Origin: an uncultured delta proteobacterium
Lineage (GTDB): Bacteria; Myxococcota_A; Polyangia; Fen-1088
Assembly (NCBI GenBank): GCA_963796685.1
Contig: CAWCMR010000015.1
Coordinates: 404,164-468,163 of the forward strand
Length of the DNA stretch: 64,000 nt
Direction: 5' to 3'
The number at the start of each line of letters is the position of its first letter. The first letter of the stretch is position 1. Position numbers and translations under genes: made by a program. The notes beneath the pieces were generated by a model that was given only the letters and a program-made list of their open reading frames with translations, searched no databases and was not told where the DNA came from. This document shows, one piece after another, positions 57,230-64,000 of the stretch.

Positions 57230-59743
57230 TCAGTGTCGCTCGCGGCAGTGGGCCTCGGCCGCCGCCGCGGGAGCGGACACCGATTCATCCTTGCCGGCCG
57301 CTGCCTCGTGCAGGGCGGCCTCGCCCTTTTCGGGGTCGCAGACCACGCCCAGCGCATCGACGGCCATGCGCCGCACCGACGGGCGTGCGTCGGAAAGAAG
57401 ACCGATCAAGGCCGCAATGGCCGCGGGGGTGCGAATGCTCGCCAGGGCCATCGCCGTATCGGCGATGACGGCCTCCAGCGAAAAGTCGGCCTGGGATTCC
57501 ACGAGGAGGCGTTTGAGGACCTCGGTCAGGCCGGGCACGGTCCTCGGGTCCTTGCGCTCCCCGAGCAAGCGCGCGGCGAGCGAGCGCATGTCGGCGCTCT
57601 CGGCCAAGCGGCCGAGGGTGCGCAGGAGCGTGCCCGTGGCCTTGACCTGAAAGCAGTGGGCGATGCCCACCAGCGCCGCCTGCCTCACCTCTTCGACGTC
57701 ACGTTGAAAGGCGCGGATGAGCAGCTCGTTTCCTTCCGCAACGCAGAACCTGCCCAGGGTGGCAATCTCGGCCCTGCGCACCCGTGGCCACGGCTCCTGC
57801 TTCGCGCCGTCGACGATGGCCTGGGCCGCGCCCTTGTCGCCCCGTTGGCCAAGGCTTTCGGCGGCGGTTTCGCGCACCCGTGGGTCGGCGTCGTCGAGCG
57901 CCGCGCGCAAGGCAGGTAGCACCGCCGCACCTTCGGCGTTGGCCAGCTCCTCGACCGCGAGGCTGCGCAAAACCCCGTCCGCGTTATGGGCGCGCACCTC
58001 GGCCAACTCGTCGTTCGCCGCGGGCTCGCGCAGCAACCCGAGTCCTTGCACTGCTCGAGCTTGCTCCTCGAATGGGGCGGCATGCGCGAGGGATCCGCGC
58101 AAGGCGGCGAGGGCGGCGGGCCGCAACCCCGCCTCGCGCTTGGCCAGGTTCGCGGCAATCAGCAAGAGGTCGGCACGACGACCGGTTTCCCCGGCGGGTG
58201 TCGCTTCCAGCGCGGCGAGCGTGGCGGCGAGCGCCGGGCTCTTGCTCTCGGAGACGACCGCTCGCAGGACCTTGCGCAGAGCCGGGCTGCCGTGCCCGAT
58301 GGCAGCAAGCAGCTTGGCCTGTGCCTCGGCTTGGCCCATGTTCGCCAAGACGCGGGCAGCCCGAGCGCGATCTTCGTCGGGGCGCTTTTCGTCGGCGAGG
58401 ACGGCCGCGATGGCATTCACGGAAGCTCCCGGCATGCCGGGCAGCAATTTGAAAACGATTGTCTCTTCCTCCTTGGTGGACCGGTCGAGGGCCGCGACCA
58501 GCGCGGCAGCCGTTTCGGGGGAGGGTTGCGTTCCGGCGGCGATGAGTGCCGCCAAGGCGTCGACCAGGCATTCGCGCCCGATGCCCGGACCGGCGTGCAC
58601 GATGGCCGTGGCCACCGCCGCCAGCGCCGGCGCGCCCAGTCGCACGAGCAAGGGTTGGCGGGCCACGCAGGAGGTGCCCTGAGCCAGGTCGGCCACCAGC
58701 CGATTCACCGCTTGCGGCCCATCGAGAACAGTCATCACGTCGAGATCCGCGATCGAAAGCGGGCTCTTCTCGGACGTGGAGTCGCGAATCACCACCGTCA
58801 CGCACGTCGAGGCCACGGGTTTGGGCAAGGTAACCCAGTACGGCACGCGGAAACGCCGGCCCCCGCCGTCCGCGTCCTCGACCAGATCGACGTCCACGTT
58901 CTGGGCGGCATCTTGGCCGAAAATCAGGCCGAGGCGGTCTGGCTTCCCGCTCGCGCGGAAGGCTTTCTCGCTGCGCGTGTCGCCGGTCAGCACGCGCAGC
59001 CCGGTGATGGGAAAACCGCCACCCGAACGGGCGGTCAGAAGCTGCCCCCGGCCGTCGCCGTCGAGGGTCCACACGGTGGCGGGATTGCCATCGTTCACGG
59101 CCACGGGCGGCTTCAACCTGGAGGCATCGCCATTCCCTCCCGAGGCGCCGGAGGCCGCGTTGAAGAAAAAGCCGCCCAGAGGGGGGCCTTCGGGGGCGCC
59201 GCCTCGGTGGGCCTGCAGCGTGGTGCGCGCGCGCGGCGGAAGCTCGGGGGGCACGGCGCGGAAGGCGTGGGTGGCGAAGTCCCAGATGCGTCGAAAGAGC
59301 GGCACCGGCGCGCCATCGCATCGGGACAGGCGCGCGGCGGTCTGGTATTCCTCGATCCCGCGATCCGAAACCCTCAGCACCAGGGAGGTCTCGCCGTCCG
59401 CATCGCGCGCCCCGACCAGCCTCCACGCGATCACCTTCACGCCGCCCGCGGTGCGTTCGGCGATCCACACCTCTTCGCGTTTGGGGCCTTCGCCGAGAAG
59501 GGGCATGCGAGCTTCCACCAGGGCGTGGCCCGATGCCGTCACCGTGTGCAAGGTCGCCGGTCCGCGCTGGGCCTTTGCGGTCCTGGGCGCGAAGCTGGCC
59601 AGGGTCTTTGCGCCGTCCTTGAGCGCGATGGATCCATCGGGTTGGTCGACCAGGGTCGGCTCGCCGGCGTGAGACGGCGACGCATGCGCCAAGGCAGCCC
59701 CGAGGACCGCAACAACCGCGACTATCGAAGGAGAGGTGCGCAC
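57230..59743 (-). CDS. exported HEAT-repeat protein with discoidin-like domain
   Basis: Signal peptide; AVNDGNPATVW beta-sandwich motif; C-terminal HEAT repeats. Start approximate. Confidence 0.78.
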   Translation of the reverse strand: MRTSPSIVAVVAVLGAALAHASPSHAGEPTLVDQPDGSIALKDGAKTLASFAPRTAKAQRGPATLHTVTASGHALVEARMPLLGEGPKREEVWIAERTAGGVKVIAWRLVGARDADGETSLVLRVSDRGIEEYQTAARLSRCDGAPVPLFRRIWDFATHAFRAVPPELPPRARTTLQAHRGGAPEGPPLGGFFFNAASGASGGNGDASRLKPPVAVNDGNPATVWTLDGDGRGQLLTARSGGGFPITGLRVLTGDTRSEKAFRASGKPDRLGLIFGQDAAQNVDVDLVEDADGGGRRFRVPYWVTLPKPVASTCVTVVIRDSTSEKSPLSIADLDVMTVLDGPQAVNRLVADLAQGTSCVARQPLLVRLGAPALAAVATAIVHAGPGIGRECLVDALAALIAAGTQPSPETAAALVAALDRSTKEEETIVFKLLPGMPGASVNAIAAVLADEKRPDEDRARAARVLANMGQAEAQAKLLAAIGHGSPALRKVLRAVVSESKSPALAATLAALEATPAGETGRRADLLLIAANLAKREAGLRPAALAALRGSLAHAAPFEEQARAVQGLGLLREPAANDELAEVRAHNADGVLRSLAVEELANAEGAAVLPALRAALDDADPRVRETAAESLGQRGDKGAAQAIVDGAKQEPWPRVRRAEIATLGRFCVAEGNELLIRAFQRDVEEVRQAALVGIAHCFQVKATGTLLRTLGRLAESADMRSLAARLLGERKDPRTVPGLTEVLKRLLVESQADFSLEAVIADTAMALASIRTPAAIAALIGLLSDARPSVRRMAVDALGVVCDPEKGEAALHEAAAGKDESVSAPAAAAEAHCRERH

Positions 59744-59783
59744 GATGTCTCTCGATACTGCCGCCGACACTTGGGCGTCAAGG

Positions 59784-60305
59784 TCAGAACGCGCGTCCCA
59801 GATACAGGGCCAGGCCGACTTGGGCCCTTTGGGCGTCGTGGCCGCCAGCGAGTCGGAAGGGAAAATAGTCGACCCGCGCGAGCAGCGACGTGACGAGGTG
59901 TCGACTGAGCAGGTAGTCGATTCCGAGCCCCAATTGCCCGCCCATGCGCCAACTCGTGGCCAGCCCACCGCCGCGAATGTCGGCGACCGCGATGCCCACG
60001 TCCGCGAACGGAACCAGGTTGAGCACGTCGGCTGCCCAGGTCAGTCCGGCGGACTGCGCCGTGACATGGGCCGAGGGGGTCGGGCCATCGGACGGGTACC
60101 ACGCGGTCTGCACGCCCAGTCGCGCCGCCCAGGAATCGCTGATCCCGCGCAGCAGCCTGATGTCGGCCTGGGCTCCGGCTCGGGTTCGCGACTGCATCGC
60201 CACGGCCAGACCGAGCCCCCCGGACAGCGAGGCTTCCCCCTGACCGACCGCGAGAGCCGAAATGGGCATCCACCAAACCAGGACGAGAGCCAGCCAGAAA
60301 CGCAT
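59784..60305 (-). CDS. small outer-membrane beta-barrel protein
   Basis: Signal peptide, alternating beta strands (VPFADVGI, GLGIDY), terminal Phe. Confidence 0.72.
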   Translation of the reverse strand: MRFWLALVLVWWMPISALAVGQGEASLSGGLGLAVAMQSRTRAGAQADIRLLRGISDSWAARLGVQTAWYPSDGPTPSAHVTAQSAGLTWAADVLNLVPFADVGIAVADIRGGGLATSWRMGGQLGLGIDYLLSRHLVTSLLARVDYFPFRLAGGHDAQRAQVGLALYLGRAF

Positions 60306-60415
60306 GCGGCGGACGCACTCTACGCGAAATGCGTCCGCGCACCCAGCGTCGTGACCGGGGAGGCACGTGACGGGAGCATTGACCCGCGGGGGTGCCTCTG
60401 TTATCTCCACTGTCC

Positions 60416-61174
60416 GTGGCAAAGGCACTCTCCAAGCAACTCAAGCAGCCTGACGAATTCGTCAGCTTTTGGACACACCTTGGGACCAAGCTGTCCCAGC
60501 ACCGTGGCAAGGTCATCGCGGCCCTCGCCGTGGCCGTGGCCGGGCTCGCCACGGGATGGGGCGTGGTCCTCTATCGCAACGCCCAGGCGGCCAAGGCCAC
60601 GGTGGCCTTCGAGCGCATCGACCGCATCGCCGCGGCGGATTTGCTTCCCGAAAAGGCGCCGGAGAGTGGCAAGGAGGCCAAGGCAGACGAGGAAGACTCG
60701 GTGCCACGCTTCAAGACCGAGAAGGAACGCCTCGAGGCCGCGATCAAGGAGGCCGACGCCTTCGTGGCCACTTTCGGCAGTGGCGGCCTGGGCCGCAAGG
60801 CGCTCTTCGGCAAGGCCAGCCGATTGCTCGTGCTCGGTAGGAACGACGAGGCCGCGACCGTCTACGACACCCTGGCGGCAAGCGAGCACGATCCGGAGGT
60901 GCGGGCGATGGAGCTGGAGGGCTCCGCCGCGGCCAAGGAGGCCGCGGGTAAGCTGGACGATGCGCTGCTGGGATTTTCGGCCCTGGCCGACGAATGCCAG
61001 CGCACCGGCAGCTTCTACCTCGACCGGGCGCTTTACGACAAGGCGCGCGTCCTGGAGGAGAAAGGCAAGGGCAAGGAGGCGGAGCAGGTCCTACGCGACA
61101 TCCTGACCAAGGTTCCCAAGACACCGTTGCGCTCGCAGATCGACGATCGCCTGGCCGTCCTTGGCGAGAAATAG
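60416..61174 (+). CDS. YfgM-like TPR membrane protein
   Basis: LKQPDEF N-terminus, one TM, TPRs; upstream of a bamB-like gene. Confidence 0.8.
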   Translation: MAKALSKQLKQPDEFVSFWTHLGTKLSQHRGKVIAALAVAVAGLATGWGVVLYRNAQAAKATVAFERIDRIAAADLLPEKAPESGKEAKADEEDSVPRFKTEKERLEAAIKEADAFVATFGSGGLGRKALFGKASRLLVLGRNDEAATVYDTLAASEHDPEVRAMELEGSAAAKEAAGKLDDALLGFSALADECQRTGSFYLDRALYDKARVLEEKGKGKEAEQVLRDILTKVPKTPLRSQIDDRLAVLGEK

Positions 61175-61177
61175 CCC

Positions 61178-62341
61178 GTGGTCGTACGCTTCGCAGCGGG
61201 GAAGGGTGCAGGGCTGCACGCGGGCATTGCGTTCGCGTGCCTGGTTTCGGCCTGCTCGACGGCGACGGTTCGACGCGATACGATCCCGCATCACGACTAT
61301 CCTGCTGGCGTCGCGCAGATGCGCTGGCACACGCAAATCCATGCTTATCCGCTGACCGAGTCCCATTCCGAAGAATGCGCGACGGGCGCGCTGGTTGGCT
61401 CGCGGCTCGTGCTCGGGTCGCGCGGAGGCTCGGTCGTCGGTGTGGACGTGGGGTCGGGCGCGATCGCCTGGTCGACCCCCATCTCGGGCGGCGTCGACGG
61501 CGACGCCCGCTACGACAAGCAGCGCGGTCAGGTCTACGTCGGCAGCGACGACGGCTACCTGTACGCCATCGAGCCGGCTGGGGGCGCGATTCGCTGGTCG
61601 AGCAAGCTCAAAGGCGCCATCGATCACGGGCCCTCCATCGGCAGCTCGGGGCTGTTCGTGGCCACCGCCGCCGATCGCGTCTTCGCCGTGGATCCCGGCG
61701 ACGGCAAAGCTCGTTGGCAGTACGAGCGCGAGACGCCCGAGGGGTTCACCATCCACGGTTATGCGGTTCCGCTCCAGCACGGCTCCATGGTCTACGCCGG
61801 GTTCAGCGATGGCTACCTCGTGGCCTTGCAGGCGGAGTCGGGCGACTTGCTCTGGTCGCGCTCCCTGGCCGCCGCCTCGGATCAGTTCGTCGACGTGGAC
61901 GCGAGTCCCATCGTCGCGGGCGACAAGCTCTTCGCGGCCTCGTTCTCCGGCGGTCTTTATGCTTTACGGCCGAAAGATGGCGAGGTGCTGTGGCACTTGC
62001 TCATCGACGGCATCGACGCCATCGCCATGGGCGCGAGCAACCTCTACGCGATGTCGTCGCGCGAAGGGCTGACCGCGGTCAGTCCGCAGGGCAACATCCT
62101 CTGGCGCCAGGGCCTGCCGGGTGCGGGCGACCTGACGGTTCCGGTGGAGATCGGCCCCTATCTCGTGTTCAGCGGCAGTCGTCTCGGTCTCTTCATCCTC
62201 GATCGGGGCAGCGGAAAGTTGCTTCAGATCTTCGATCCGGCGCGCGGCATGTGCGCGCCGCCCACCGTCGATCGCGAAGGTAAGGCCCTCTACGTGCTCG
62301 CCAACAGCGGTACGCTCTACGCCCTCGATCTGCTCTGGTAA
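61178..62341 (+). CDS. PQQ-like beta-propeller lipoprotein (BamB-like)
   Basis: VSAC lipobox, repeated G.L.A.....G...W blades, DVDASP. Confidence 0.85.
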   Translation: MVVRFAAGKGAGLHAGIAFACLVSACSTATVRRDTIPHHDYPAGVAQMRWHTQIHAYPLTESHSEECATGALVGSRLVLGSRGGSVVGVDVGSGAIAWSTPISGGVDGDARYDKQRGQVYVGSDDGYLYAIEPAGGAIRWSSKLKGAIDHGPSIGSSGLFVATAADRVFAVDPGDGKARWQYERETPEGFTIHGYAVPLQHGSMVYAGFSDGYLVALQAESGDLLWSRSLAAASDQFVDVDASPIVAGDKLFAASFSGGLYALRPKDGEVLWHLLIDGIDAIAMGASNLYAMSSREGLTAVSPQGNILWRQGLPGAGDLTVPVEIGPYLVFSGSRLGLFILDRGSGKLLQIFDPARGMCAPPTVDREGKALYVLANSGTLYALDLLW

Positions 62342-62465
62342 GGAGAGAGGACACAGAGAAGTCAGAGGGCACGGAGAAAGAACGGATGGATCAACGATCC
62401 TAGAACTTCTTCCTTTCCCGTCTCTGTGAACTCACAATCCTCTGCGCCCTCAACACCGGTGCACG

Positions 62466-63179
62466 TCAGTGCACCGGTGCGATGTAGCCGGCGGAGGTGA
62501 GGCGGCGGACCAGTTCTTTGATGCGCCGGCCACCGCCCGCGTCGCGAGCGCGCCACTCGATGCCGAAAACGTTTTCCTCGCCCGCCTTTCCCGTCCAGGC
62601 CACGCGACCGATGAACGCCATCGGCACCTCGGCGCCGGGCGGCGCGATCTCCAGCACGACCTGCGACTCGTAGGGCACGGTGGCCGTGGAAAGGACGAAG
62701 GCTCCGCCGCGGCCCACGTCGCGCAGCTTGCCCTGCAAGCCCTCGTTGCTGCCCACCGGATGCCAGGTGATGGAGAGGTCGACCGGAATGCGCTCGTGCC
62801 GGCGGCGGCTGCGCACGCTCGCTCCCGAGCGCGCCATCTCGAGCAGGTATTCGCACTTGGCCTGTTCACCGGGCAGGAATTCGACCCCGATGCCGGCGCG
62901 GATCTTGAGCAGGTGTTTTCCCGGACGGCGCCAGGCCACGCGGCCGTACACGATCATGGGCGGCTGTCGTCGTCCGAGCCGAATCTTCACCGCCACGGGA
63001 TCGCCCACCTGCAGCTTGCCGCGTGTGGGACAGAACACGCCGCCGTGGCCGCTCGATGGCTGGTATCCGGCGTGGAATTCTCGCACATTCTTGATCACGA
63101 ATTCAGTCGGCGAATCGGCCAACCCGGTCGCGTTGCCGCTTTGCTTGCGAGGGCTTGCTTTTGTGTTGGCAGAAGGCAT
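62466..63179 (-). CDS. tandem PilZ-domain protein
   Basis: GGVF...GRVAWRR...GIGVEF, then RRHER...DVGRGG. True start probably further downstream. Confidence 0.88.
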   Translation of the reverse strand: MPSANTKASPRKQSGNATGLADSPTEFVIKNVREFHAGYQPSSGHGGVFCPTRGKLQVGDPVAVKIRLGRRQPPMIVYGRVAWRRPGKHLLKIRAGIGVEFLPGEQAKCEYLLEMARSGASVRSRRRHERIPVDLSITWHPVGSNEGLQGKLRDVGRGGAFVLSTATVPYESQVVLEIAPPGAEVPMAFIGRVAWTGKAGEENVFGIEWRARDAGGGRRIKELVRRLTSAGYIAPVH

Positions 63180-64000
63180 GCTGACCCGAGGGAGTGGAAA
63201 GTTCCTGCTGACTGACGATTTCGACTATGAGCTGCCCGAGGGGCTGATCGCCACGCAACCAGCCTTACATCGGGATGCGTCGCGACTGCTCATTCTTAGC
63301 AAAGATGACGGCGAGCGCAATCACTGCTTTTTCCGTGAGCTGCCGAGTTACCTGCGCAGCCGATCCCTCGTGGTCTTGAACGACACGCGCGTGATTCCGG
63401 CTCGTCTCGCGGCCCAGAAACCGACCGGTGGACGCGTGGAGGTGCTCCTGGTCGAGCGGGTCGCCCGGGCCAGCAGCGACGAATCGTCGGCGGCACCCGC
63501 ACCGGATACCTGGACGGAAGACTGGCGTGTGCTCGTTCGCGGCCTCGGGCACTGCCCGCTCGGAACCCGCCTTGCGTTCGCGGCTCCGTTCTCGGCCGAG
63601 GTGCGCGAGCGCGGCCAGCGCGGGGCCGCCGTCTTACGCTTCGTGGGAACGGGGCAGGGCGGACTGCTCTCCGTGGCCGAACCGCTCGGCGAGATTCCAC
63701 TTCCGCCCTACATCGAGGCGGCTCGGCGCAAAAGCGCCGCTCGGCCAAGCGTGGACGACCGCGTCCGCTACCAGACCGTCTACGCGCGGACGCCGGGTGC
63801 GGTGGCGGCGCCGACCGCTGGCCTGCACTTCACGGATGAATTGCTGTCCAGGATCGAGGCCGACGGCCACGAGGTCGTTCGCCTGACCTTGCACGTCGGG
63901 CCGGGCACGTTCCGACCGGTGACCGCCAGCAATCCCTCGCAGCATCGGCTCGACGCCGAGCGCTTCGAGGTCAGTCCCGCGGTCGCGGCCAGCATCAGAC
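63178..64000 (+). CDS. queA: S-adenosylmethionine:tRNA ribosyltransferase-isomerase, runs off window end
   Basis: Hand translation: DFDYELPEGLIA, SRLL, NDTRVIPAR, PLPPYI, YQTVYA, AVAAPTAGLHF and LHVGPGTF. Start uncertain. Confidence 0.96.
   Translation, partial: MLTRGSGKFLLTDDFDYELPEGLIATQPALHRDASRLLILSKDDGERNHCFFRELPSYLRSRSLVVLNDTRVIPARLAAQKPTGGRVEVLLVERVARASSDESSAAPAPDTWTEDWRVLVRGLGHCPLGTRLAFAAPFSAEVRERGQRGAAVLRFVGTGQGGLLSVAEPLGEIPLPPYIEAARRKSAARPSVDDRVRYQTVYARTPGAVAAPTAGLHFTDELLSRIEADGHEVVRLTLHVGPGTFRPVTASNPSQHRLDAERFEVSPAVAASIR

Noticed and set aside
63170-63210. Head-to-head overlapping starts of the PilZ gene and queA
   Set aside because: Most likely an artefact of longest-ORF start choice; the true starts are probably further apart.

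Overview
GC-rich Myxococcota-like (Polyangia-type) chromosomal window, judged from gene content. Most of it is housekeeping and envelope genes: nadC, birA, rsmD, coaD, mqnB/mqnD, serC, pckG, queA, a Gld-like ABC system, GT-C glycosyltransferases and a large Ser/Thr kinase. The main accessory feature is a ~12.4 kb integrated element (8901-21260) bounded by an exact 41-bp direct repeat. The repeat is the 5' half of tRNA-Gly(CCC), not the usual 3' half, so the intact tRNA now sits immediately downstream of the integrase. The element looks like a capsid-less phage satellite (PICI-like). It encodes a tyrosine integrase, HTH/excisionase-like and RHH regulators, a TOPRIM primase-SF3 helicase with a symmetric origin-like structure inside its 3' end, a TerS-like HTH protein, several uncharacterised coupled ORFs and a DUF4258/MqsA-like toxin-antitoxin pair. 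The window also has four types of small intergenic repeat/MITE and several broken genes (uppP, an EmrB-type MFS, a cupin gene), which may be decay or assembly artefacts. Product calls come from motif recognition only; no database searches were run.
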